Below, in pieces: positions 54,564-64,000 of a stretch of DNA of 64,000 nt. The number at the start of each line of letters is the position of its first letter. The first letter of the stretch is position 1. The stretch covers positions 128,001 through 192,000 of the forward strand of contig CAWIAD010000002.1 of assembly GCA_963833985.1 (NCBI GenBank). The letters run 5' to 3'. Source of the DNA: an uncultured Planctomycetaceae bacterium (GTDB lineage Bacteria; Planctomycetota; Planctomycetia; Isosphaerales; Isosphaeraceae). The notes below the pieces were generated by a model that saw nothing but the letters and a program-made list of their open reading frames with translations, did not search any database and was not told the DNA's origin. The translations under genes and the position numbers were made by a program.

Positions 54564-56209
54564 ATGGCGCTCATGAAACCCTGCTTGATGTGGCTGGCAG
54601 CAAGCGTGCTCACGACCGTACTGACCGCGAGTGCGTGCGCTCAGGATCGAGTCTCCACGGCTCTGGGCATTGTGGAAGGAACCACCGGGCCAGACGGAGT
54701 TCGTGCCTTCAAGGGAATTCCATTCGCCGCCCCTCCCGTGGGCGACCTGCGGTGGCAGCCGCCTCAGCCGGTCAAACCCTGGGTGGGCGTGCGCCGGGCC
54801 GACCACTTCGGCCCTCGCGCCATGCAGAGGCCGATCTTCGGTGATATGAACTTCCGGTCTGACGGCGTGAGCGAGGACTGCCTGTACTTGAACGTCTGGA
54901 CGCCCGCTGGGTCCGCTACGAACCGTTTGCCCGTGCTGGGCTATTTCTTCGGCGGCGGTTTCATGGCCGGCGACGGATCAGAGCCGCGTTACGACGGCGC
55001 CAGCATGGCAAGCAAGGGCATCGTGGCCGTGACCGTGAACTACCGCCTGAACGTGTTCGGGTTCATGGCCCATCCCGACCTGACCAGGGAATCGCCGCAC
55101 CACGCCTCGGGCAATTACGGCCTGCTCGACCAGAGTGCAGCGCTGCGCTGGGTCCGGGAGAACATCGCTGCGTTCGGCGGCGATCCCGCGAAGATCACGA
55201 TCGCCGGCGAATCGGCCGGGTCGATCTCGGTCTGTGCCCAGATGGCGTCACCCTTGTCGAAGGACCTGATCGCCGGAGCCATTGGCGAGAGCGGCTCGCC
55301 GATGGGCACGCTCACGCCCGTGGCGCTTGCCGAAGCAGAGCAGATGGGCGTCCGGTTCGCGAACAAGCTGGAAGCGAAGTCACTGGCCGACCTTCGCAAG
55401 CTGCCCGCCAAGCAGGTGCTGGACGCCACCGCCGAGCCAGGTTTCGGGCGTTTTCCCCTGAATGTTGACGGCTACTTTCTGCCACGCGATCCCGTCGAGA
55501 TCTTTGCGGCCGGCGAGCAGGCGCATGTCCCCCTGCTGGCCGGCTGGAATTCCGAGGAGATGACTGGCCGGTCCGTCCTGGGACAGGCGCAGCCGACCGT
55601 GGACAGCTTCCGCAAAGCCGTGGAGCGGCTCTACCACGACCGGGCAGGTCAAATCCTCGAGGTTTACAAGCCGGCCACCGATGCCGACGTGGAGCAGGTG
55701 GCGACCGACCTGGCCGGCGACCGGTTCATTGGCTTCAGCACGTGGAAATGGACCGATCTTCAGGCACGGACCAGCGGTAAGCCGGTGTATCGCTACTATT
55801 ACGCGCACCCGCGCCCGGCGATGCGTCCCGAGATGGGCAACGCGGTCGCCGGCCTGGCCGGCGGCGTGATCAAGGGGACCGAGGCGAAGGCCCAGACCAG
55901 GCGACCACCGGCGCCCGGGGCGCCGTGCATTCCGCCGAGATCGAATACGCGCTGGGCAACCTGGATACGAACCAGGTCTATTCGTGGACGGAAGAGGACC
56001 ACAAGGTTTCGGCCCTCATGCAAGCCTACTTCGCCCAGTTTGTGAAGACGGGCGATCCGAACGCCCCGGGATTACCGCAATGGTCGCCGGCCCGCCAGGA
56101 CGACGCCAGCCGGGTCTTGCGCATCGACGTCGAACCTCGCCTGGAAGCCGACGCGCACCGCCCGCGTTACCTGCTCCTCGACAGCCTCTCGCGGCCGAAG
56201 CCAGACTGA
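54564..56209 (+). CDS. Carboxylesterase type B family protein, secreted (frameshift near 55920)
   Basis: FKGIPFAAPPVGDLRW, SEDCLYLNVW, GGGF, GESAG, then HSAEIEY in the shifted frame. Confidence 0.9.
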
Positions 56210-56291
56210 CCACGAACCGTCGCCCGCCATGAGCTCGCCAGCCCCGCCGAATCCCGTTCCGCCCGGACAGCTCCAACCAAGACGCGTTCAG

Positions 56292-56365
56292 GGTGGCTGA
56301 CGGGATTCGAACCCGCGATATCCAGATCCACAATCTGGTGCCTTAACCGCTAGGCCACAGCCACC
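56292..56365 (-). tRNA. tRNA-His (GTG), G-1 encoded, CCA not encoded
   Basis: GGTGGCTG acceptor stem pairs with CAGCCACC; anticodon arm CCAGA-TTGTGGA-TCTGG; T loop GGTTCGAATCC. Confidence 0.96.
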
Positions 56366-56718
56366 ATCACTCTCGTACAGTTGACACGATAAACGGGCTT
56401 CCGGGTTCACGTCAAGGCGGAGGCTCTTGCGGGCAGGCGCATGACGTCATGCCCTGAAAAAGCGGCCTGCGAGGCCCTGGGGCACCCGGCCTCGGGCGGC
56501 TGATGCCAGCGCTCGCTTGTGGGTGCAAACTCTTTTCCTGAAAATGAAAAAGACTCTTGACACACTCTCATAGACTCTTGACGTGAGGGAGCCGGGTTGA
56601 TGGGATAAGGCACGGTCCGGGGACGCTGCCGAGCCCGGAACGGAGCCGGCAGGACGGACCACCATCGCCTTGATTTCGAACGGGCTCGGTGCGGGTCGGA
56701 CCGATTACGGGAGGTTCA

Positions 56719-57717
56719 GTGCTCAGGATCGGAATCGCCGGTTGCGGCCGGGCGGCGCGCATTCATCTGGATCGGCTTGGCCGCTTGCCCGAAGTGGCCA
56801 TCGTCGGCTGCGCCGACACCGATCGCGGCTGCGCGGAGGCACTCGCGCAAACCATCCATCGGCCTGACGGGGCGGCAGCCCCACCCGCGGCCGTCTGTAC
56901 CGACCATCAGGAGTTGCTCCGGCTCGGGCTCGACGCCCTCTGCATCTTCACTCCGCACCGCTGGCACTACCGCCTGGCGATGGATGCACTCCAGGCCGGC
57001 TGCCATGTCTTTATCGAGAAGCCGCTCTCGACGAATCTCCAGGAAGCGGCGGACATTGTGGCGCTGGCCCGGGGCCGGGCTCTGAAGGTCGCCGTGGGCC
57101 ACCAGTACCGCCTCTGCCCCAGCCTGGCCGAAGCGCGCAGGCTGCTCCGCGAATCCACCATCGGAACCTGGCGAATGATCACCGCGACACTGGCACGGCC
57201 CTGGCCGGATGCCCACCCGGAAGCTTCGGCGGACTGGCGACGCGACCCCGGTCTCTCGGGCGGGGGCGTTCTGGCCGACGCCGGCGACCACCTGCTGGAC
57301 GCCCTGCTGTGGACGACAGGGCAGTCGGCTCAGGAGGCCTTCGCCATCCAGACCACGCTTGATTCCGGGATCGACTGGATCACGGCGGCCGCCATCCGGC
57401 TCAGCAACGGAACGCCTGCCACGGTCGCGGTTTCCGGCGCTGTGCACGGGCCGTTCTTCGAGCTCAATGTCTTCGGAGACAGTGGACGCATGCGTATCAC
57501 CGAGCAAACTGTGGAACTGGACGGGCCCGGAGAAAGCCAGCGCCAGCTCACCCTGCCCGCCGCCTCGGAATCGATCGACGCGAACTTCGTCGCGGCATTG
57601 ACCCAGGGAACTTCCCTGTGCTGTCCGGCGGAGCAGGCCCTGGAAACGGTCCGCTTGCTCGAGGCCCTCATGCGATCCGCCACAACCGGGCAACGGATCC
57701 GCCTGGGGTCCCGATGA
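56719..57717 (+). CDS. Gfo/Idh/MocA family oxidoreductase
   Basis: LRIGIAGCG, TPHRWH, HVFIEKP, GGGVLADAGDH; GGGAGG RBS. Confidence 0.9.
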   Translation: MLRIGIAGCGRAARIHLDRLGRLPEVAIVGCADTDRGCAEALAQTIHRPDGAAAPPAAVCTDHQELLRLGLDALCIFTPHRWHYRLAMDALQAGCHVFIEKPLSTNLQEAADIVALARGRALKVAVGHQYRLCPSLAEARRLLRESTIGTWRMITATLARPWPDAHPEASADWRRDPGLSGGGVLADAGDHLLDALLWTTGQSAQEAFAIQTTLDSGIDWITAAAIRLSNGTPATVAVSGAVHGPFFELNVFGDSGRMRITEQTVELDGPGESQRQLTLPAASESIDANFVAALTQGTSLCCPAEQALETVRLLEALMRSATTGQRIRLGSR

Positions 57718-58099
57718 GTTTCCTTCGGCGCGGCGGTCCGCGGCCGGGCAGCCAACAATCCATCGCGAGCGGGCGAGCGGGCAATTCTCAAGATCCAGAC
57801 AGACTCCGGCAAGACTCTTTTCAAGGCAGCGACGCAAGGATGCCGACCAATCCAGAAAGCAAGCCCATGGGTCGGTGTCCGGTACCTTTCGGGCGCCCGT
57901 ACGGCGACACGGAATGACGTCGCAAACCCCCGGCGACATCCCGGAAATCACGATACTTGACAATGATGCGTCACGTTGACTAGGACTATGGCTCTGCCCT
58001 CGGACCGCCTTGAACTCAACGAGGCGAGGACTGGCCACCGAACTCACTTTTCAATACGGGAATTCACACCGCAAATTCCTTGGCCTGAGGACCGCTTCC

Positions 58100-58456
58100 A
58101 TGCTCGACCGTGCCCTGTTCGCTGTGTCTCCTGGCGATCCCGTTCACCCCGGCCCATTGTGGGCCGACTGGCCGACGTCGCTCTCCACCCTCGATGCACG
58201 CCACCCCGGTGATGAGGAGTTCGAGGAGGAAGAAGTCGAAGGCGAGGAAGAAGAGGAGTTCGACGACTTCGACGACGAGGAAGAGAACATCGACGATGAC
58301 TTCGATGAGGAGGATGATGACGAGATTGACGAAGATATCGATGAGGAGATTGAGGACATCGACGATATCGACGAAGAGGAAGAGGACGAGTTCGACGATG
58401 ATGAGGACGACGAGTTCGATGAGCTCGAGGAAGAAGAGGATGAGGAGATTGGCTGA
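58100..58456 (+). CDS. Small, extremely acidic protein (118 aa)
   Basis: The C-terminal 81 aa contain 63 D/E and no K/R. Codons are mixed GAG/GAA/GAC/GAT. GAGGA upstream of the ATG. Confidence 0.65.
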   Translation: MLDRALFAVSPGDPVHPGPLWADWPTSLSTLDARHPGDEEFEEEEVEGEEEEEFDDFDDEEENIDDDFDEEDDDEIDEDIDEEIEDIDDIDEEEEDEFDDDEDDEFDELEEEEDEEIG

Positions 58457-58823
58457 ACTGAATGGCAGCACGGAAGCAAGCTTGCCGGTGACGCGACGCA
58501 ATTGGTAGCGGGCAGTCATGGCTGATGTGGGCCTGCTGCGGACTGTGCCGCTTTGTGATGGACAGCGCGGTCGTTCAGGGCGGTTCGACCCGGACCCTGC
58601 ATTTTCACCTCGCCCGTCAGGGGCCGACTGGTTCCCGCGGGCGTTTTCTATTAGACTGGCAGACTGCAATCAGGAACACCGGCTCTCACGGGCGGCAAGT
58701 CTTCGAGCCGTCCGCCAGGTAAGTCCTCGAGGATTGACGAGTAAGGCCCAGGCATCGCCATCAGACGGTGATGACCGTTCCATGGGAATGACCGGTTTGG
58801 CGATCGACAGGGAGCACGCTTCG

Positions 58824-59264
58824 ATGGGTTCGTCATACGATCGGACAGGGGATTCTGCATCGGAACGTCCGTCTTCAGAGATCACCAGGCGGCGCTCACG
58901 CCAGCAAGCCCAGCGCGACTTCGAGATCGACTTCCTGGAGCGCGTGCTGGAGCGAGACCCCTGCTTCGTGGACGCCCTGAGAGTGCAAGGGAACAACCTG
59001 GCCTCCCGCGGGGAATATGCCCGCACCCTGTTGCTCGACCGCCGGCTGGTGCATCTGGTACCCGGCGACGCCATCGCCTGGTATAACCTGTCCTGCACAT
59101 ATGCCGTTCTCGGCATGACCGATCCGGCCTTCTCCGCCTTGCAGCGCGTGCTGGAGCTGGGCTACCGCTTCGTTGCGCGATTGCGACAGGATCCCGATCT
59201 CAAGACCCTCCGGCGCGACCCGCGCTTTCTCCGCCTGCTGCGGCGGTTCGAATTCATTGTTTGA
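58824..59264 (+). CDS. TPR-containing protein
   Basis: [47 protein letters not shown]. Confidence 0.8.
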   Translation: MGSSYDRTGDSASERPSSEITRRRSRQQAQRDFEIDFLERVLERDPCFVDALRVQGNNLASRGEYARTLLLDRRLVHLVPGDAIAWYNLSCTYAVLGMTDPAFSALQRVLELGYRFVARLRQDPDLKTLRRDPRFLRLLRRFEFIV

Positions 59265-59398
59265 GCTCGCCCGGCCAGCGCGATGCTCCTTCCTCGCGGC
59301 GCTCGCCCGCAGCGCCGGCGGACGGAAAGACCCAGATGCTTCCGAGCCGCGTGGGCCGGGCTCATCGAGCCGATGGGCGTGGAGAGACAGTAACGATC

Positions 59399-60229
59399 AT
59401 GACGCACCACGAATGGGAGCAAGTGCAAGAGGCGACGCGTGCGGTCCGGTCACACTGGTCGGGCACGCCGAGCGTGGGCATGGTGCTGGGGACGGGGCTG
59501 GGCGCCCTGGCCCGGGAAATCGACTCGGCAGCCTCCATCCCTTACCCCGAGATCCCCTACTTTCCGCGATCCACGGTGGAGAGCCACCGCGGGCAACTGG
59601 TTTGCGGCACTCTGGCGGGGCACTCGGTCGTTGCCATGGAGGGCCGGTTCCATCTTTATGAAGGCTACACTCCGTCGCAGGTCACCTTCCCGATCCGGGT
59701 GATGAAGGAGCTGGGCTGCCGCTTGCTGATCGTCTCGAACGCCGGCGGCGGACTCAATCCTCAGTTCGAGAAGGGCGATCTGATCGTCATCGAAGACCAC
59801 ATCAACCTGCTGGGCTGCAACCCGCTGGTCGGTCCCAACGACGACCGTCTGGGACCGCGGTTTCCGGACATGATCGAGCCTTACGACCGCAGATTGCAGG
59901 ACCTTGCCCTGAAAGTGGCGCTCGAGCAGAACATTGTGGCCCATCGCGGTGTCTACGTGGCGGTCACCGGGCCCAATCTCGAGACCCGTGCCGAGTACCG
60001 GTTTCTCAGGGCCATCGGGGCCGACGTCGTGGGCATGTCCACGATCCCCGAGGTCCTGGTTGCCGTCCATGCGGGGTTGAAGGTGCTGGGCTTCTCGATC
60101 GCCACCGACATGTGCCTTCCCGATGCCCTCGAGCCGGTACGCATCGAGGATATCCTCGCCGTGGCCAGCCAGGCCGAGGCCAAGCTGCGGACGATTGTCC
60201 GGGGCGTGCTCGAGCGGTGGTCCGCCTGA
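59399..60229 (+). CDS. Purine-nucleoside phosphorylase (trimeric type)
   Basis: [48 protein letters not shown]. Confidence 0.94.
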   Translation: MTHHEWEQVQEATRAVRSHWSGTPSVGMVLGTGLGALAREIDSAASIPYPEIPYFPRSTVESHRGQLVCGTLAGHSVVAMEGRFHLYEGYTPSQVTFPIRVMKELGCRLLIVSNAGGGLNPQFEKGDLIVIEDHINLLGCNPLVGPNDDRLGPRFPDMIEPYDRRLQDLALKVALEQNIVAHRGVYVAVTGPNLETRAEYRFLRAIGADVVGMSTIPEVLVAVHAGLKVLGFSIATDMCLPDALEPVRIEDILAVASQAEAKLRTIVRGVLERWSA

Positions 60230-60282
60230 GCCCGCAGCCCGCGAGCGCCAAAATGTGATCCGCCTTTTGACGACCCGATCCC

Positions 60283-63135
60283 ATGTCAACCAACGCCAAA
60301 CCCTACAAAGAGACGCTCAACCTCCCCGTCACCCGCTTCGACATGAAGGCGAACCTCACGGTGCGCGAGCCGCTGCTCCAGGCGCGGTGGCGCGAGCTGG
60401 ATCTCTACGGCAAGGTACGCCAGGCGCGCGCCACTGGCAAGCGGAGGGTCCTGCACGACGGACCACCCTATGCCAACGGCGAGATCCACATGGGGACCGC
60501 CCTGAACAAGATGCTCAAGGACTTCGTGGTCCGCTCGCTCACCATGTGCGGCTTCGACAGCCCTTACGTACCGGGCTGGGACTGCCATGGCCTGCCCATC
60601 GAGCACAAGGTGGTCAAGGAGCTGGGCGGCAAGGCAGCGGGGATGAGCCACGCGCAGATCCGGTCGCTCTGCCAGGCCGAGGCCACGAAATGGGTCGACG
60701 TGCAAAGGCAGCAGTTTCGCCGCCTGGGCGTGCTGGGCGACTGGGAAAACCCCTACCTCACGCTCGACCCGCGGTACGAAGCCGGCATCCTCGACGTGCT
60801 GGCCGACCTGCTCGAAGGCGGCTACATCTTCCGCCAGCTCAAGCCGATTCACTGGTGCATGACCGACCGCACCGCGCTGGCCGAGGCGGAGCTGGAGTAC
60901 CAGGAAGAATCGACGCCCAGCATCTACGTCCATTTTCCCATGCTCGCGGGCGTGCCGGAGTCCTGGAAAGAGTCGGACGGGTCCGCCGACGCCGACTGGC
61001 ACCTCATGATCTGGACGACGACGCCCTGGACGCTGCCGGCGAACGTGGCCGTTGCCGTGCATCCCGATATCGTCTACGCGGGCGTTCGCTACGCCGACCC
61101 GGCCTCCGGCCGTACCATCCGCACCATCGTGGCTGCGGACCTGGTGCCGAAAGTGATGGCGCTGACCCGTGTGTCCAAGCCCACCGTGGTGGGCCGATGC
61201 AAGGGTCGGGAGCTAGAGCACGCCGAGTACCGCCATCCGTTTGTCGACCGCGTCGCTCCCATCGTTCTGGCCGCGTACGTGAGCGTGGAGGACGGCACGG
61301 GACTCGTGCACACCGCTCCCGGCCATGGCGCCGAGGACTATCAGACCGGCCGCGCCTACCAGCTCTCGGTGCTCAGCCCGGTGGACGAATCGGGCCGCTT
61401 CACGACCGAAGCCCCGGAGTGGTTGACCGGTCAGCACGTCTTCGCGGCGAACCCCAGGATCGTCGATCATCTCAGGCAGTCCGGGAACCTGTACCACGAA
61501 ATGCCCCTGGTCCACAGCTATCCGCATTGCTGGCGATGCAAGAAGCCGGTGATCTTCCGGGCCACCGAGCAGTGGTTCATCGCCGTCGATCACAACGACC
61601 TCCGCCAGCGCACGCTCAAGTGCATCGACGAGGTGCGCTGGATCCCCTCCTGGGGCCAGTCGCGCATCGAGGCCATGGTGTCGCTTCGGCCGGACTGGTG
61701 CATCAGCCGCCAGCGCTCCTGGGGCGTGCCCATCCCCGCGCTCGGCTGCACAACTTGCCACACCCAGTTGCTGACGGCCCAGACGGTGCGGCATTTTCGG
61801 GACCTGTTCCGCAAGGAAGGCGCCGACGCCTGGTTCACCAGGCCGGTGGAGGAACTCATGCCGCCTCACGCGGCCTGCCCGAACTGCGGGGGCACGACGT
61901 TCCGCAAGGAAGGCGACATCCTGGATGTCTGGTTCGAATCTGGCTCGAGCCACCGCGCCGTGCTGTCGCAGAACTTCGGCCTCGGTTACCCCGCGCTCAT
62001 GTACCTGGAAGGCTCCGATCAGCATCGCGGCTGGTTCCAGTCGTCGATCCTCACGGCCGTTGGCAGCACGGGCACTGCGCCTTTCGAGAACGTCCTCACC
62101 CACGGCTTCGTGGTCGACGACAAGGGCGAGAAGATGTCCAAGTCGATCGGCAACGTCGTGCTGGCGATGAAGGCCACCGAGCAATATGGCGCCGATGTGC
62201 TGCGGCTCATGGTCGCCAGCATGGACTATGCCGATGACATCCGCATCAGTGAGCGCGGCATCAAGGAGTCGTCGGAGTCCTATCGCAAGATACGCAATAC
62301 GTTTCGATACCTGCTGGGTAATCTGGAAGACTACGCGCGGTTCAACCCCGTCCGCTTTGATCCGGCGGAACTGCACGAGATCGACCTCTGGGCGCTCGGA
62401 CAGCTCAACAAGGTGATCCGCGACGCCGTCGCCGCTTACGAGCGTTTCGAGTTCTATCGGGTGCACCAGCGGGTCTACCAGTTCATGTCCGTGGAGTCTT
62501 CGAGCCTCTATCTCGACGTGCTCAAGGACCGGCTCTATGCCGAGGCGGCCGACAGCCCGCCACGCCGCGCGGCGCAGTTCGTGCTGGCTCGGCTGCACGA
62601 CGCCCTGACGCGACTGCTGGCCCCGATTCTGCCACACACCGCGGAAGAACTCTGGGATTACATGCCGGACACAGCGGAAAAGCCTGCAAGCGTCCATCTG
62701 GCCGAGTTCCCGCCCACCGATCCGCGCTGGGACGACCCGGCGCGCGATGCCCGCTGGGAGACCTTGCTCGAGGTCCGCGAAACGGTCCTCAGGGCCCTGG
62801 AGGGCCTGCGCAAGGACAAGACGATCGGCAGCGCCCAGGAGGCAGTCGTCACGGTTTCGGCCACTGCCGCGGATCTGCCCTTTCTCGAGGCCCATCGCGC
62901 GCTGCTGACCACCCTTTGCATCGTCTCCGAGATCCGGATCGGCTCGCCCCTACCACAGGCGGAAGGCCAGCCTCGGTTCGTCGCCAGCGGCGCACGATCG
63001 CCCCACGCCAAGTGCGAGCGCTGCTGGAACTATCGGCCCACCGTGGGCCAGAGCGTGGAGTTCCCGACTCTCTGCGATCGATGCGTGAACGTCATGGCGA
63101 GCCATTCCGCGCAGCTCCCTGATCGAAGCCTGTGA
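60283..63135 (+). CDS. ileS: Isoleucine--tRNA ligase (type 1, C-terminal Zn finger)
   Basis: HDGPPYANG, PGWDCHGLPIE, WTTTPWTLP, WCISRQR, LEGSDQHRGWFQS, KMSKS, KCERCW..CDRC. Confidence 0.97.
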   Translation: MSTNAKPYKETLNLPVTRFDMKANLTVREPLLQARWRELDLYGKVRQARATGKRRVLHDGPPYANGEIHMGTALNKMLKDFVVRSLTMCGFDSPYVPGWDCHGLPIEHKVVKELGGKAAGMSHAQIRSLCQAEATKWVDVQRQQFRRLGVLGDWENPYLTLDPRYEAGILDVLADLLEGGYIFRQLKPIHWCMTDRTALAEAELEYQEESTPSIYVHFPMLAGVPESWKESDGSADADWHLMIWTTTPWTLPANVAVAVHPDIVYAGVRYADPASGRTIRTIVAADLVPKVMALTRVSKPTVVGRCKGRELEHAEYRHPFVDRVAPIVLAAYVSVEDGTGLVHTAPGHGAEDYQTGRAYQLSVLSPVDESGRFTTEAPEWLTGQHVFAANPRIVDHLRQSGNLYHEMPLVHSYPHCWRCKKPVIFRATEQWFIAVDHNDLRQRTLKCIDEVRWIPSWGQSRIEAMVSLRPDWCISRQRSWGVPIPALGCTTCHTQLLTAQTVRHFRDLFRKEGADAWFTRPVEELMPPHAACPNCGGTTFRKEGDILDVWFESGSSHRAVLSQNFGLGYPALMYLEGSDQHRGWFQSSILTAVGSTGTAPFENVLTHGFVVDDKGEKMSKSIGNVVLAMKATEQYGADVLRLMVASMDYADDIRISERGIKESSESYRKIRNTFRYLLGNLEDYARFNPVRFDPAELHEIDLWALGQLNKVIRDAVAAYERFEFYRVHQRVYQFMSVESSSLYLDVLKDRLYAEAADSPPRRAAQFVLARLHDALTRLLAPILPHTAEELWDYMPDTAEKPASVHLAEFPPTDPRWDDPARDARWETLLEVRETVLRALEGLRKDKTIGSAQEAVVTVSATAADLPFLEAHRALLTTLCIVSEIRIGSPLPQAEGQPRFVASGARSPHAKCERCWNYRPTVGQSVEFPTLCDRCVNVMASHSAQLPDRSL

Positions 63136-63242
63136 CGACTTGACTCGCTCCCAGGTCATCCCATGATCGGTTCAGCAACCGAGTCCCATGCGCGTTCCCG
63201 TGGCCGGAAGCGCGTCGAACTGGCCCGGGGATAGGCCACCCG

Positions 63243-63276
63243 GTAGGGTGGGTCGAGCGTCCCCGCGAGACCCATC
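63243..63276 (+). repeat. GTAG-type REP element related to those between trpB and trpA
   Basis: gtagggtgggtcgagcgtccccgcgagacccatc shares gtagggtgggtcgagc and the hairpin arrangement. Confidence 0.7.
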
Positions 63277-63394
63277 GTCCCGTATTCAATCACGTGCCCT
63301 TCCGCTTCCCTTTTCCGCTTCTTCCGGTGCGCCCTGGGGATGGTGCTGAACCATCCATGTCGCACCTGTTCAGTTTTCGGGACGCACTACAGCA

Positions 63395-64000
63395 TCAACC
63401 TGCGTACCCACCACCGCCGTCAAATTCTGGCCGTCGTGCTCCAGTGTCGTAGGTCATGTTGGTTCGCAGGAAGTTCGGTTCCACAACTCTATTTCTTCTT
63501 GATTCATCCTTGTGAGGCAAGAACCAGCTGCCATCGATGAGGACCACATGCCTGCGGCCTGTCGGTGCCCGCAACCAGGACCGAACTCGGATTCTGGTCG
63601 ATGCTTCGAGGCGGGGACAAACGAACTCGATCGGGAGTACCTCTCCGCGGTCGACCTGTTTGTCGAGAATCACGGCAATTCGACCGGGGCTGATGGCAAC
63701 CAGGGTTCCCTGCCATTTCTCATGTCGCCTGAAGTTCTTGAGAGCTTCCCGGAGAATTGCCTCCATGCGCTCCCTTGGAACTCTCTGGTGGATCTCGTCA
63801 TCCACTTCAAATTCGAGTAAATGTGGTTGCTCGGGATGATTGAAGCTCACCCGCACACGCCGCCGTGCATCTTCGTGATACCAGACATGAATTCCGAGCA
63901 AATCTCCATGTTCGATCACGGCTTGTGTTTTATCGATTGCGAAGTTCGGATGCGAGCGGAACCATTGGTCGATGGTCAGCCGGAGCAGCAACTGGATTCT
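63395..64000 (-). CDS. Hypothetical protein, 5' end probably outside the window
   Basis: Open frame of about 200 codons with lower GC than its neighbours; no motif recognised. Confidence 0.45.
   Translation of the reverse strand, partial: RIQLLLRLTIDQWFRSHPNFAIDKTQAVIEHGDLLGIHVWYHEDARRRVRVSFNHPEQPHLLEFEVDDEIHQRVPRERMEAILREALKNFRRHEKWQGTLVAISPGRIAVILDKQVDRGEVLPIEFVCPRLEASTRIRVRSWLRAPTGRRHVVLIDGSWFLPHKDESRRNRVVEPNFLRTNMTYDTGARRPEFDGGGGYAG

Noticed and set aside
56292..56365. tRNA-His as the attachment site of a genomic island
   Set aside because: No duplicated tRNA 3' end and no integrase found in the window.
58144..58479. Poly-Ser ORF on the minus strand
   Set aside because: It is the antisense shadow of the GAN-rich acidic gene.

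Overview
High-GC chromosomal window, most likely from a planctomycete of the Isosphaeraceae type. This is inferred from a DUF1559 gene, an ECF sigma factor-Ser/Thr kinase pair, a kinase-NTPase-FGE fusion and an LE-x-R-xx-P-A leader. Housekeeping and metabolic genes: egtB, trpB-trpA, htpG, miaE, tRNA-His, purine nucleoside phosphorylase, ileS, peptidases, a YtrA-type ABC operon and a carboxylesterase. About 14 single-base frameshifts hit otherwise intact genes, including trpB, so most are probably long-read assembly errors. Main unusual structures: (1) a tandem duplication of an Rpn-family PD-(D/E)XK nuclease gene; both copies carry an internal RBS+ATG that could express a small C-terminal antitoxin, and a complete IS1634 (19-bp IRs, 6-bp TSD) breaks only the nuclease half of copy 1; (2) three ~1-1.2 kb toxin-antitoxin or Rpn cassettes, each bracketed by a duplicated end of the neighbouring gene; (3) several TA modules with damaged toxins; (4) a putative SdpA-like gene plus an HTTM-DCC1 fusion, divergent from a Cys-Tyr-Gly repeat protein; (5) a small, extremely acidic protein; (6) REP/heptamer mosaics. 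All product calls come from motif recognition by eye; no database search was run.
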